Part shown: positions 38,416 through 48,056 of the stretch, in pieces
How the letters are laid out: each line of letters begins with the position of its first letter
How positions within the stretch are numbered: the first letter of the stretch is position 1
From: Marinicella sp.
Lineage (GTDB): Bacteria > Pseudomonadota > Gammaproteobacteria > Xanthomonadales > Marinicellaceae
NCBI GenBank assembly: GCA_965230295.1
Contig: OZ246001.1
Span: 1,472,001-1,536,000 of the forward strand
DNA: 64,000 nt
Direction of reading: 5' to 3'
The notes under the pieces: generated by a model
Seen by the model: only the letters and a program-made list of their open reading frames with translations
What the model was told of the DNA's origin: nothing
Databases searched by the model: none
Program-made: the position numbers and the translations under genes

Positions 38416-38804
38416 GACCCTCGCTTTTTGGCTGCTTTTAGTTGTTGCATGATCTGTGACAATTCTTCTTCATTCAAGCCATCTTTTTCCATCCCAAGCA
38501 AAGCACTTACGGCAGCTGCAGGTGAATCATTAAAGAATGTTTTCATGACATTTTTCAATGCACTTTGTTTGGCTTCACCGGTATCCATCACCGCTTGATA
38601 AATGTACTTGGCACCTTGTTGATGATAAGTCAGGCATTCTTTATTGACCAATCGGGACATCATGGCCCTGACTGCAGAATAACTGGGCGGGTCTGGTAAC
38701 TCTGAGAGTACATCTTGCGCGGTGGCTTGACCGCGAGCAAATACGATGTCCATGATTTGGCGTTCGCGACGGCTGAGTTGGTTGTAGGGTTCTGAATATT
38801 GCAT
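38412..38804 (-). CDS. BlaI/MecI/CopY family repressor
   Basis: LSRRERQIMDIV, PSYSAVR, TFFNDS; ATGA overlap with the M56 gene. Confidence 0.9.
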   Translation of the reverse strand: MQYSEPYNQLSRRERQIMDIVFARGQATAQDVLSELPDPPSYSAVRAMMSRLVNKECLTYHQQGAKYIYQAVMDTGEAKQSALKNVMKTFFNDSPAAAVSALLGMEKDGLNEEELSQIMQQLKAAKKRGS

Positions 38805-38805
38805 A

Positions 38806-38842
38806 GTGTTAAATTTGTAGCATGATGCTAATAATGTAGCAT
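38806..38842. promoter_or_regulatory. Tandem imperfect palindromes, putative BlaI operator
   Basis: GTGTTA-AATTTG-TAGCAT (38806-38823) and ATGCTA-ATAATG-TAGCAT (38825-38842) abut the blaI start codon. Confidence 0.6.
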
Positions 38843-38981
38843 TAAGTTTTAAATTGCAAGAAAATTCTTTGGTTTTTTCCTGTGTCGATGTTTTCTTACA
38901 AAACGCATCCATAATATTGGCAGTCTTTTGTTGTACCTATAGATACACTGTGGTTGTGTTTGAAAATAAAGGAAAAGGACC

Positions 38982-39191
38982 ATGCAAAATCATTTTGTAC
39001 AACAATTGAAGTCTCGAAATCTGGCCAATCAGCGAGCCAAAACAATCAAAAAGAAAATCAGGTATTTGCAAAGAGAATTGGTACGAGCCTCATTTATGGG
39101 CGAAGAAAAAATTGGCTTGTGTCAGAAATTATTGAAATTAATCAAGCAGGAACGCAAGAAAATCACTGAACTCAGTCAACCATACCAATGA
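38982..39191 (+). CDS. Small basic hypothetical protein (69 aa)
   Basis: AAGGA RBS before ATG; amphipathic helical, Lys/Arg-rich; fills the intergenic gap. Confidence 0.5.
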   Translation: MQNHFVQQLKSRNLANQRAKTIKKKIRYLQRELVRASFMGEEKIGLCQKLLKLIKQERKKITELSQPYQ

Positions 39192-39212
39192 ACACAGGAT
39201 GGCTTTGATGTC

Positions 39213-40352
39213 TTAGGCCAATGCTTGATGCCAATCTGCAACCAAATCCTCTATATGTTCAATGCCAACTGAAATGCGAATTAAGTTCTCAGGCGTGGAA
39301 CTGGCCGGACCTTCTACAGATTTGCGGTGTTCCACCAAACTCTCAACACCGCCTAAGGACGTGGCGGCAGTGAACAGCTTTAATTGAGCAATCACGGCCA
39401 TTGATGAAGTTTGATCATCACCGATCTCAACAGATAACATGGCACCACAGCCATCCGGGTTTTGTTTTTGCGCAATGGCATGTTGGGGATGACCAGGTAA
39501 ATCGGGGAAATGGACTTTTTTAACTTTCGGATGATCAGATAAATAGACCGCTAATTTCTTGGCATTGGCCACTTGTTGACAGATGCGCAACTTCATGGTT
39601 TTGATGCCCCGTGTGATCAACCAACTGTCAAAGGCAGAAGGAACGGCACCACTGAGGTTCTGTATGTTGGCTAAACGCCCTAAAAATTCGTCAGGTGTCT
39701 GTTCACCCACCACCAAAGCACCACTGAGAGAATCTGAGTGGCCGCCAAAGTATTTGGTGGTCGAGTACATCACCGCATCGGCTCCTAACTCCAAAGGTCG
39801 CTGTAGCACTGGTGTACACCAGGTGTTATCAACCACGCACAGGGCACCATTTCGGTGTGCCACATCTGCCACCGCCTTGATGTCTGTCACTTTAAGTAAT
39901 GGATTAGACGGTGATTCAATCCAAATCAATCTGGTGTTGGGTTTAACCGCTGCCCGGACAGCCTGCAAATCAGTCATGTCCACTTGGGTATGACTCAAGT
40001 TCCAGTTGACAAACAATTCAGTCATGGTACGTCTGAGCTCATAATAAGCATCATCCGGAACGATGACATGGTCTCCTGCCTGAAGAGATTGAAGAACGGT
40101 GTTGATCGCGGCCATCCCTGAAGCAAAGGCAAACGCCCGACTACCACCTTCAATTTGAGCCAAAGCCGATTCCAACAATTGTCTGTTGGGATTGTGTTTG
40201 CGGGAGTAAATAAAACCACTGGCATAGCTGCCATCATCTTCTCGTTTGAATGTAGTCGATGGGTAAATGGCATTGGCCACAGAGCCGGTTTCATCCCCTG
40301 TTGGTTCAGTGGCCTGAATGGCCCGGGTTTCAAAGTGAATCTTTTTTGTCAT
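39213..40352 (-). CDS. Cys/Met metabolism PLP enzyme (cystathionine gamma-synthase/lyase family)
   Basis: YSR..NPN, FASGMAA, IESPSNP, VDNT, STTKYFGGHSD, SLGGVESL. Confidence 0.9.
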   Translation of the reverse strand: MTKKIHFETRAIQATEPTGDETGSVANAIYPSTTFKREDDGSYASGFIYSRKHNPNRQLLESALAQIEGGSRAFAFASGMAAINTVLQSLQAGDHVIVPDDAYYELRRTMTELFVNWNLSHTQVDMTDLQAVRAAVKPNTRLIWIESPSNPLLKVTDIKAVADVAHRNGALCVVDNTWCTPVLQRPLELGADAVMYSTTKYFGGHSDSLSGALVVGEQTPDEFLGRLANIQNLSGAVPSAFDSWLITRGIKTMKLRICQQVANAKKLAVYLSDHPKVKKVHFPDLPGHPQHAIAQKQNPDGCGAMLSVEIGDDQTSSMAVIAQLKLFTAATSLGGVESLVEHRKSVEGPASSTPENLIRISVGIEHIEDLVADWHQALA

Positions 40353-40525
40353 GACTATAGATAGTGTCGGTGGTGATGAATGTATATTATCTTGTATTTG
40401 ATACAATTAAGCCTGTAATTATTTTAAATTCTATCGATTCGTCCTTTAAGGAAGCCCGAGGATGACGGTAGTTGGAAACATCCAAATTGAAACCAATGAC
40501 ATTTAATCTAATATAAAATAACCCT

Positions 40526-41143
40526 ATGAATTTAGAAAAACTGAAAGCCGCTGAAGCGCAATTTTTACAACTGTACCCTTTGGGGTTTGATGACCCTGAA
40601 ATGCAAAAAATTGGCAAGAAACACAAGATGCCACAAATGATTGAGCAGTGCCAAACCCTGTTTGCTGAGCTTGAATTCAACAAACCGCACATCATCGTGG
40701 CAAACATGGTGAAAATGATCAGTCGTTCGTCCATGGTATCGATGTTTGAAAAACCGAAGTTTCGCGACTTTGTCAAATCATTACCTGGTGGTGATGTGGA
40801 TCGGTTGAGTGAGGCCTTTTTTGAACAGCTGTACGGCAACCAACAACAAGGTTTTGAGCAAATGCTGGACTTACTGCGCAGCCAAAAACTGGCCAAGTGG
40901 TCACTGATTTCCATCCTACCCAATTACGTTTACCCAAACCAAGAGGTGTTTGTCAAACCCACCACTGCCAAAGGTGTGATTGCTCATTTTGAGTTAGAAG
41001 ACCTGGTTTATAAACCGCAACCCACTTGGGATTTTTATCAAAAATACCAATCACAGATCTTAGACATGAAACAACACGTCGACCACACACTGACATCAAG
41101 CAACGCCGCTTTCTCTGGGTTTTTGATGATGAGTATGCAGTAA
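40526..41143 (+). CDS. Conserved hypothetical protein
   Basis: 205-aa ORF with plausible composition. No family assigned. Confidence 0.7.
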   Translation: MNLEKLKAAEAQFLQLYPLGFDDPEMQKIGKKHKMPQMIEQCQTLFAELEFNKPHIIVANMVKMISRSSMVSMFEKPKFRDFVKSLPGGDVDRLSEAFFEQLYGNQQQGFEQMLDLLRSQKLAKWSLISILPNYVYPNQEVFVKPTTAKGVIAHFELEDLVYKPQPTWDFYQKYQSQILDMKQHVDHTLTSSNAAFSGFLMMSMQ

Positions 41144-41195
41144 GGAAAGTTCTTGGGGCTAAGGTTTCCGGCTCAAGCTGCCCAGCCGCCTTCCT
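41143..41195. repeat. Dispersed modular element, copy 4 (53-nt mini version: both termini, no interior)
   Basis: AGGAAAGTTCTTGGGGCT matches 25076-25093 at 17/18 positions. The 3' part TCAAGCTGCCCAGCCGCCTTCC resembles the far termini of copies 1-3. Confidence 0.6.
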
Positions 41196-41201
41196 GTGTG
41201 T

Positions 41202-41540
41202 TTAACTGGCTGCTTCGACCACTTGGCCGCAGGACCAACACAAAGCAAAATTGCCTTCATTGTGTTCACCACAACTGGCACAAGTCCAATCAGATTGTTC
41301 AACTGACTCTTGATCTTCAGCCAGGCGACTGGCTCGCAATGGTTGTAATAAGGATTTGGCTGCTGTCCAGTCTTCATCACGATGAATCCACAATTCAGGC
41401 CAGGTCTCGGTAAACGGGACTTCTCCTGCCAGGTTTCCGGAAAACTCATTCCTGATGAAGCAAGGGATGTCAGCTGCTTCCAAAACATTTTTAGCCTGAA
41501 CCACCCAAGATATCATTTCATCGACAAATACTTTTTTCAT
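41202..41540 (-). CDS. DUF2007 family protein with C-terminal zinc ribbon
   Basis: LEAADIPCFIRNE, WPELW, W.CxxC...F.LCWSC. Confidence 0.85.
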   Translation of the reverse strand: MKKVFVDEMISWVVQAKNVLEAADIPCFIRNEFSGNLAGEVPFTETWPELWIHRDEDWTAAKSLLQPLRASRLAEDQESVEQSDWTCASCGEHNEGNFALCWSCGQVVEAAS

Positions 41541-41558
41541 AGACTCATTCTAACATTT

Positions 41559-42398
41559 TTAATTGGTGCGTTGCTCCAGTAGAGTTAACAGTTGATTGCG
41601 GTATTTTTTTGATACAGGAATGGACTTACCGTTCAATAAAACCAATTCACTGGAATCCGCATTGTTTTTTTTCAGGGCTTTGCTGTGCTTTAAATTAACA
41701 ATGTAAGACCGGTGGATTCGCATGAAATCGGCATGGTCTATTGATTTTACCACTTCTGCCATGGTGCCTCGCATCGGTATGACCTGTTGGTTGGTATGAA
41801 AATAAACATAATTACCCCCTGATTCAATGGTGATGATTTCGGCTTGATCCAACCAGAACACACCTTGTTTGTTTTTGACTTGAAACTTTTTCTTTCCAGT
41901 CACGTTCTTTGTCGGTTGTTTGACTTGTGTGAAATGTTTATAAGCAGCCAACAGCAATATGAAGACAAAATAAGTCACCACATCTTTGCGGTATTCATAA
42001 AGCCATTCATTGATCCAGTCGCCAAAATCGTAGGTACTGCCCATCCAATGATAGATAAGCTGCCTGAGCCACACCATCCACAGCACATGTAACAATGAGA
42101 ACAACACTGAGGCCAACACATGAATGATGAAGTTTTTCGGCCATTTAGACACAAATAACGGGTACTTGTGTGCCAGCCTATACACGGCAAAATACAGGAT
42201 AAAAATACACACAAAAGACGTGTATTCCCAGACATATGGATGCCAGGATTTGAAGGGCACATCATTACGTAGCAAATCAGCCGATGTGGTCAGGCTGTTT
42301 TTCCAGGCTGCCAGGAAGCCCAATACAAAGACCACGGACCAAAACACCCAAATTGAATTTTTAAAGGCAGTTTTCACTGTACAAACAATTCCCGCCAC
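41559..42398 (-). CDS. Membrane-bound LytTR family transcriptional regulator
   Basis: Four TM segments then IESGGNYV, FMRIHRSYIVN, IPVSKKY. Start codon uncertain. Confidence 0.88.
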   Translation of the reverse strand: MAGIVCTVKTAFKNSIWVFWSVVFVLGFLAAWKNSLTTSADLLRNDVPFKSWHPYVWEYTSFVCIFILYFAVYRLAHKYPLFVSKWPKNFIIHVLASVLFSLLHVLWMVWLRQLIYHWMGSTYDFGDWINEWLYEYRKDVVTYFVFILLLAAYKHFTQVKQPTKNVTGKKKFQVKNKQGVFWLDQAEIITIESGGNYVYFHTNQQVIPMRGTMAEVVKSIDHADFMRIHRSYIVNLKHSKALKKNNADSSELVLLNGKSIPVSKKYRNQLLTLLEQRTN

Positions 42399-42427
42399 TC
42401 ATCCCAGAATCCGGGACACTGATCCCA
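42396..42427 (+). promoter_or_regulatory. LytTR-type direct repeat operator (21-bp period)
   Basis: CACTCATCCCA at 42396 and CACTGATCCCA at 42417, between the divergent LytTR and acyltransferase genes. Confidence 0.6.
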
Positions 42428-42482
42428 AGCGGCTGTTATTGATGGATTTTTCATTTTACGATTGAGTTTTTGGATTGAGTCT

Positions 42483-43661
42483 ATGAACCCAAACACACCC
42501 ATGAATGAACGCCGTTATGACTTGGATTGGTTGCGAGTCATGGTGTTTGCCTTGCTTATTTTTTATCATGTGGGCATGTTGTTTGTTGCTGACTGGGGTT
42601 ACCATTATAAATCACAACATCAGTCCGAGTGGCTGCAAAACCTGATGATTTTACTGAATCAATGGCGACTGCCTTTGTTGTTTTTAATCTCTGGAATTGC
42701 CATCCGGTTTTTCCTCGATAAGGTGACGCTTTGGCGGTTTATCAGCCTCAGGACCTTGCGCTTGTGGGTTCCGCTGTTGTTTGGTATTTGGGTCATTGTT
42801 CCACCCCAGTTGTACATTGAAATGTTGAGCAAAGGTGACCTCCCTGACATCTCTTATGGGCAGTTTTACCAGGCTTTTTTCGACCTGTCGCACCCCTATT
42901 TTGTAGACTATACTTCAGGCATATTTCCTCATGTTGACGTCAATCACCTGTGGTACATCCGTGAACTGTGGTTTTTTTCTATGTACCTTTTGCTGGGCTA
43001 CGGGGCCTTGTCACTGTGTAAGTTGATGGCTTATCTATACGCACCTTTTCGCTCATGGCGGTTAATCACAACAGTCACTCTTTTGGTGGTTGGCATGAGC
43101 CTGTTGCAATTTTTTGTTTTTCCTGAAGGCTCAGAAGGGACCCGCAAAGCCTTAGGGTTCAGTTTCCTTTGTGTGGGCTTTTTGATCGGTTGGGAGGCTC
43201 ACTTTTGGCATCAAATCAGAATACACAGAAAACTGTTTTTGATCTCAGCGGTGGGTGCCTTTGCAGTGCTGATTACCTATTACCACCTGTACTACCCAAG
43301 CCGAGTAGGTGCACCCAAAGATGGGTTGTATTTCATCGAAAGGCTGTTGGTCTTTACCAATCGCTGGGCCTGGATCTTGGCCATCTTGGGTTATGCACAC
43401 CAGTACTTGAATCACAATCACCGCTGGTTGCGGTATTTGAATGATGCGGTTTATCCTTATTACATCCTGCACCAAACTTTCATCATTGTGATCGCCTATG
43501 TGTTTCGAGATTCAGGTGCCATTTCCCAACCCATACTGGTGATCGGCTTGACCTTTGGTGGCTGTGCATTGAGTTATGAATTGATCAGGCGTTCGGCTGT
43601 TTTGCGTTTGTTGTTTGGCCTAAAAATTGGTCAACCCGCCAAGCCAGTCACAAACCCTTAA
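42483..43661 (+). CDS. Acyltransferase family 3 (OpgC/MdoC-like)
   Basis: RRYDLDWLRV, RLPLLFLISG, HLWY, YPYYILHQ; multiple TM segments. Confidence 0.88.
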   Translation: MNPNTPMNERRYDLDWLRVMVFALLIFYHVGMLFVADWGYHYKSQHQSEWLQNLMILLNQWRLPLLFLISGIAIRFFLDKVTLWRFISLRTLRLWVPLLFGIWVIVPPQLYIEMLSKGDLPDISYGQFYQAFFDLSHPYFVDYTSGIFPHVDVNHLWYIRELWFFSMYLLLGYGALSLCKLMAYLYAPFRSWRLITTVTLLVVGMSLLQFFVFPEGSEGTRKALGFSFLCVGFLIGWEAHFWHQIRIHRKLFLISAVGAFAVLITYYHLYYPSRVGAPKDGLYFIERLLVFTNRWAWILAILGYAHQYLNHNHRWLRYLNDAVYPYYILHQTFIIVIAYVFRDSGAISQPILVIGLTFGGCALSYELIRRSAVLRLLFGLKIGQPAKPVTNP

Positions 43662-44448
43662 GGGCCAAAATACCCACTTTGAGTTTCTGGTAATCGTGTC
43701 CCAACAACCCTTGAAAGGGCACCTTGGCAATCCACTGCATGCGGTTGGCAGTGGTGCGCAATGCCATGACCATTTGAGCATCATGATCTTGGATGAATTG
43801 TTGGATGCTGTCGGTAAAAAATCCAGCATCCTCAACAAAAAACCGGGCTGTCGAATTAACCAATAAAAGCACATCACGGGCTTGGGCTTCAGCCAAATTC
43901 ATCACCGACAAAGGATCATCTTCAAAATCAATGAATGCCACTTGCTGGTTGTGTTTGTCCATCAGCATGTTGCGGATAAAACCTTGACTCAAATACTGCC
44001 CCTTCAGATGCAACTCTTTGATGGCTTGTAAACAGGCAGTGAACAATTCCTGGCGCCGGCCTTGGCTGGTGTCCTGTTGTTTCATTTCACGGATGATCGA
44101 TGACCCCACATCTTTGATCAACAACCAACTGTTCTCATGGGCGATGAGTTCGGGGACCAATATTCCATGGGATGCTAATTGCTGAATGCGCTTGATTTCG
44201 GTATTGATGGCTGCATCACCACCGGGTTGTGGCACGGCCTTCAACAAAGGTATACGCATCAGCCAACTGAAAAAATTCAAGGCGTGGTAGCGAAACACAC
44301 CCCTGGCAGGCGCCGCTTTTTTTAACCAATAATCGCCCTGATCACTGGTTATTTTCTCAATCCGCTCGGCAGAATCCATGGCCGCACGCCATCGACATGT
44401 GGCTATGCCATGCTGTTCCAGTTGTGTTTTTAATTCACTCGACACCAT
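43648..44448 (-). CDS. Kinase-like fold protein (Kdo/RIO/InaA-like, atypical)
   Basis: WLKK, E..RI..L...GI.VPELI, LH.KG, RN, FIDFE, QARD. Confidence 0.65.
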   Translation of the reverse strand: MVSSELKTQLEQHGIATCRWRAAMDSAERIEKITSDQGDYWLKKAAPARGVFRYHALNFFSWLMRIPLLKAVPQPGGDAAINTEIKRIQQLASHGILVPELIAHENSWLLIKDVGSSIIREMKQQDTSQGRRQELFTACLQAIKELHLKGQYLSQGFIRNMLMDKHNQQVAFIDFEDDPLSVMNLAEAQARDVLLLVNSTARFFVEDAGFFTDSIQQFIQDHDAQMVMALRTTANRMQWIAKVPFQGLLGHDYQKLKVGILALKGL

Positions 44449-44503
44449 GGGCGGTATTGTACTGACAATACCCACACAATACCAAAGCAAAGGCTTATAA
44501 TAT

Positions 44504-44540
44504 CCTGACAACAACCTGACATGTCACCTCTGTGACGTGT
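44504..44540 (+). promoter_or_regulatory. CCTGACA-N4-CCTGACA direct repeat plus overlapping inverted repeat, putative XRE operator
   Basis: Repeats at 44504 and 44515; ACATGTCAC-CTCT-GTGACGTGT at 44519-44540. Confidence 0.45.
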
Positions 44541-44595
44541 TGTGGGTTGCCTGTTGTATTGAAAATAGCGGTACTTTGAAAACATCGGAAACACC

Positions 44596-45105
44596 ATGAT
44601 TTTACGAAAACTCAGATTACAACGAGGTTGGTCCCAAGAACAGGTGGCAGAGCTGACTGATTTGTCTGTCCGAACCATTCAACGCATTGAGCGTGGCGGT
44701 CAACCCAGTCTAGAGTCTGCCAAAGCCTTGGCTGCTGTTTTTGAAGTTGAGTTATCTACTTTTCAACAACCAACAGGAGAAAAAAACATGCATAAAGAAG
44801 AACAACAACTCAACCCCATTGGATCCAACACAGAAAATCCTGTGGATGTCACTCCCGAAGAGGAAGCCGCCATCAACTATGTCAAAGGCATCAAAGAATT
44901 TTACGGCCACCTGTTCATGTTTGTGGTCTTCATGGTGGCTTTTTTGGTGACCGGTAAATTCAGCCAACCACAGGTGTTGTGGATGGTACTGGGCTGGTTT
45001 GCCGGCCTGATTATCCACGGCTTGGTGGCCTTCGAAATATTTGGTTCATTTGGTACCCAATGGGAAAAAAAACAAATAGAAAAAAAGTTAGGACGTAAGT
45101 TATAA
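44596..45105 (+). CDS. XRE HTH + 2TM domain protein
   Basis: LRLQRGWSQEQVAELTDLSVRTIQRIERG; FYGHL...GLIIHG...WEKKQI. Confidence 0.88.
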   Translation: MILRKLRLQRGWSQEQVAELTDLSVRTIQRIERGGQPSLESAKALAAVFEVELSTFQQPTGEKNMHKEEQQLNPIGSNTENPVDVTPEEEAAINYVKGIKEFYGHLFMFVVFMVAFLVTGKFSQPQVLWMVLGWFAGLIIHGLVAFEIFGSFGTQWEKKQIEKKLGRKL

Positions 45106-45157
45106 ACCAGGTCCGCTACAGAAACATGGCGGGCCACAAACAACGAGGTGCAAAGTT

Positions 45158-45400
45158 ATGGACATGGTCACATTACAAGCCTTTTTGGGCTGGAATTTAG
45201 TCATTCACATTGGCCTGTTATTGCTGGTCTTTTTGTTCATAACTTTGGGTCGCAATTGGGTGCTAAAGATTCACCAAAGCATGTTTGGGGTGACCAAAGA
45301 TGATTTGGTGAAAATGTATTTTTATTACATCGCAACTTACAAAATGCTGATCATCATTTTCATTTTGATCCCTTATTTGGTACTGCGCTTTTTATTGTGA
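45158..45400 (+). CDS. Small membrane protein (DUF6868-like)
   Basis: FLGWNLVIHIGLL, IH..MF, YK.LII.F..PYL; GAGG RBS. Confidence 0.7.
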   Translation: MDMVTLQAFLGWNLVIHIGLLLLVFLFITLGRNWVLKIHQSMFGVTKDDLVKMYFYYIATYKMLIIIFILIPYLVLRFLL

Positions 45401-46293
45401 ATCAAAAAATCAAACCTTTTGGTGGTTTCCAACCCACTGACCGCATTGCCAAGAAAATCGCTTGGTGTCACCGGCTACCAGCGAATTGGATAGGCAAACA
45501 AGTGGCTCAGATTTTGCGCAAGCAGGTCATGTCTCAAACCCAGTTACCTTTAGATTTAACTTTCGACCAAGTGCGTCTGCGCTGTTATTTGAAAGACAAC
45601 GTTTCAGAACGGGGTTATGTGTTCATGCCGTGGCGCTGGGACAAAATTGAGCGCCAAGTCATGGTTGATGCCCTGCCCCCAGAAGGCGTTTTCATAGACA
45701 TAGGAGCCAATGTCGGCATTTATTCCGCGATCGCTGCCACCAAACTGAATCGCCTGGGTACCATTTTAGCAATTGAACCCAATCCGCCTGTGAATGACCG
45801 TTTGAGGTTCAATTTACAAGCCACTAAAAATGGTTTGGTCGAACAACCACGCATAGAAATCATCCAACAAGGCGTCAGCGACACCGAAGGAGAGTTTGAG
45901 TTGTTTTTAGATGATGACAATTTAGGTGCCAGCACCTTACTGAATCAAGGATCAGAAAAAGCTTCAATCAAAATCCCCTGCAAACCCTTGTTGGACCTGA
46001 TATCTGACCAAAAGTTGTCTCGGGTCGATGTGATCAAATGCGACATTGAAGGGGCTGAAGACCGGGCTTTGATACCGTTCTTGATCGATGCACCACACCA
46101 TCTATTACCGCATTGTTTTATCTTCGAAAACAACCAAGACCAATGGCAAGGAGATTTATTGGAGGTCTTAGAGCAAAGGAACTACATCCAAACCCACCAA
46201 ACTCGATTGAACTTTATTTATCAGTTACGCCAGCCCATACATTTCACAGCCAAAGAAAAAAAATACAAAGATGTGGTGCCCGCCGCCTGGTAA
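45397..46293 (+). CDS. FkbM family methyltransferase
   Basis: FIDIGANVGIYS, AIEPNP, VIKCDIEGAE. Confidence 0.88.
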   Translation: MNQKIKPFGGFQPTDRIAKKIAWCHRLPANWIGKQVAQILRKQVMSQTQLPLDLTFDQVRLRCYLKDNVSERGYVFMPWRWDKIERQVMVDALPPEGVFIDIGANVGIYSAIAATKLNRLGTILAIEPNPPVNDRLRFNLQATKNGLVEQPRIEIIQQGVSDTEGEFELFLDDDNLGASTLLNQGSEKASIKIPCKPLLDLISDQKLSRVDVIKCDIEGAEDRALIPFLIDAPHHLLPHCFIFENNQDQWQGDLLEVLEQRNYIQTHQTRLNFIYQLRQPIHFTAKEKKYKDVVPAAW

Positions 46294-46303
46294 GTCACTG
46301 GTG

Positions 46304-47116
46304 TTATTTGATCTTCAATGGTAGCCCTTTGTCCTCTCCAGGTTTACGGGCCCTTAAATACACCAATTCATAAGTGGCCGGATACAAACCATCTTCAGTG
46401 CGAAATTCCTCAAAATTTTGTGTCAGCTGCTTGATGACCTTAGGCGAGGTCAGACCACGAGGGCGGTTATTATCCACATTATGTGCGCCGATGTTTTTCA
46501 AGTCTCTCATCATGTCCACCACATTGGCATACGTCATGGTGATGAATTCTGAATCAGCTATCACGTCTGCAAACCCCAGCTGTAGTGTCAGGTCAGCCAC
46601 TTTGGCTGCTGGCACAAATTCATTCACATGAGGCTGATCATCGATGACCTGCCAGGCGGTTTTCAGTTCATGTAAGGTGTGTTCTCCCATGGTAGTCAAG
46701 TGCATCAAACCACCTGGTTTCAGCGCCCGTTTAATTTCTTGTAACACCGTACTTTCGTCACACCACTGGAGCATCAGGTTAGAAAACACCAAATCACAAC
46801 TTTGGGCATGGACATCAATGGCATGGGCATCGGTCACCCGTGGATCCACTTGTGGATGGCTGGGCACTTGATTCACCATCGCCGGAGCAAAATCTGCCGC
46901 AATGATATGAGCTTCCGGGAAGCACTTCAACAACTCTGGTACAGCCCAACCCGTGCCACAACCCAAGTCCAGGATTTGTTCAGGCGCCGCCTTGATGTCA
47001 TCATTCAAGCGCTCAAGCAAACGGTTCAAAGACTCCTTTTGCAAAATGGCATGCTGTTCGTATTGTTTGGCTGCTGCATCAAAAGCAGCTTGAATCAAAT
47101 GATGTTCTAAACTCAT
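46304..47116 (-). CDS. bioC: Malonyl-ACP O-methyltransferase
   Basis: F..AA..Y..HA.LQ, LDLGCGTG, FSNLMLQW, TLHELK.AW, LK.IGA; adjacent to bioH. Confidence 0.88.
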   Translation of the reverse strand: MSLEHHLIQAAFDAAAKQYEQHAILQKESLNRLLERLNDDIKAAPEQILDLGCGTGWAVPELLKCFPEAHIIAADFAPAMVNQVPSHPQVDPRVTDAHAIDVHAQSCDLVFSNLMLQWCDESTVLQEIKRALKPGGLMHLTTMGEHTLHELKTAWQVIDDQPHVNEFVPAAKVADLTLQLGFADVIADSEFITMTYANVVDMMRDLKNIGAHNVDNNRPRGLTSPKVIKQLTQNFEEFRTEDGLYPATYELVYLRARKPGEDKGLPLKIK

Positions 47117-47122
47117 GAGTTG

Positions 47123-47878
47123 TCAGTTAAAAGTATGGGTTGTTATCAATTCGGTCAATTCATCGGCTTGTCTGATGAAAGGTGCATGCCCAGAACCACG
47201 CAGCATGTGGTAATCACCACCACACAGACTGGCAGCTTGTTCCATGGCCTCAGGCAACACCAGCCGATCTCTGCGTCCACTGATCCATAATGAGGGTGTT
47301 TTTAGTTTTTTCAAATCTTCACTCAAGTCGACTCGCCCTAACAGCGACAATCCAACGTTCAACGCCTGGGTACTTGGCAGTGGCCGTTCGAACACTTTTT
47401 GTTTCAACACCCGCAATTGTGACCGCTCATCTTTGACACCCATCACCTCAAGGGCCAAAAACTTCTCAATGGTTTGCTTCACATCCTGCTGCAAATTGCT
47501 GGCAAATTGTGCCAACACCTGTTCTTCGGTTCCATGTGTCCAATGCGGGTGTTGGACAAAGCAAGGTGTGGCACACAACATGATCAGGGCATCCACCTTT
47601 GCTGGATTTTTCAGTGCCAAGTTGAGCGCCAACATCCCCCCCATTGACCAACCCAACCACAGTCCGGCAGGCACGTCATTGGCTTCTGCAGCCAACTGGT
47701 GTAAATCCAACGAGAGGTGTTCCTGGTGGTTCAAGCCATGACCAGGCAAATCAATCAAATTTACTTGAAAATGCTGTGACAAGTCTTCTGACCAGTCATC
47801 AAACAAATGTGCGTTCATGCCCCACCCATGTAAGACGTTTAAAACCGGCCCTTGGCCTTTGGTGGAAACAATTTTCAT
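47123..47878 (-). CDS. bioH: Pimeloyl-ACP methyl ester esterase
   Basis: LHGWGMN, DLPGHG, GWSMGG, GHAPF. Confidence 0.88.
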   Translation of the reverse strand: MKIVSTKGQGPVLNVLHGWGMNAHLFDDWSEDLSQHFQVNLIDLPGHGLNHQEHLSLDLHQLAAEANDVPAGLWLGWSMGGMLALNLALKNPAKVDALIMLCATPCFVQHPHWTHGTEEQVLAQFASNLQQDVKQTIEKFLALEVMGVKDERSQLRVLKQKVFERPLPSTQALNVGLSLLGRVDLSEDLKKLKTPSLWISGRRDRLVLPEAMEQAASLCGGDYHMLRGSGHAPFIRQADELTELITTHTFN

Positions 47879-47998
47879 CAGGAAGCTGCGTCAGCTGAAA
47901 TTCATGGAAGCGGTATTATACAGAATACTTTGATAAAGCACATCGTCATTGATGGTGAGTGGCCTGCATAGCCAGATCAGATAATAAATACAAATTCA

Positions 47999-48026
47999 TG
48001 GCGCAAATCAAATGTGGTTTTCGCAT
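47999..48026 (+). promoter_or_regulatory. Possible ECF-sigma promoter TGGCGC-N16-TCGCAT
   Basis: Lies 30 nt upstream of the secreted-protein ATG and next to an ECF/STK pair. The assignment is inference. Confidence 0.3.
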
Positions 48027-48056
48027 GAATACATATATTCATACAAGAGAACAACA

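Noticed and set aside
40353-40525. SAM riboswitch upstream of the Cys/Met PLP enzyme
   Set aside because: Only short hairpins are present; I could not find SAM-I/II or SAH core motifs on the minus strand.
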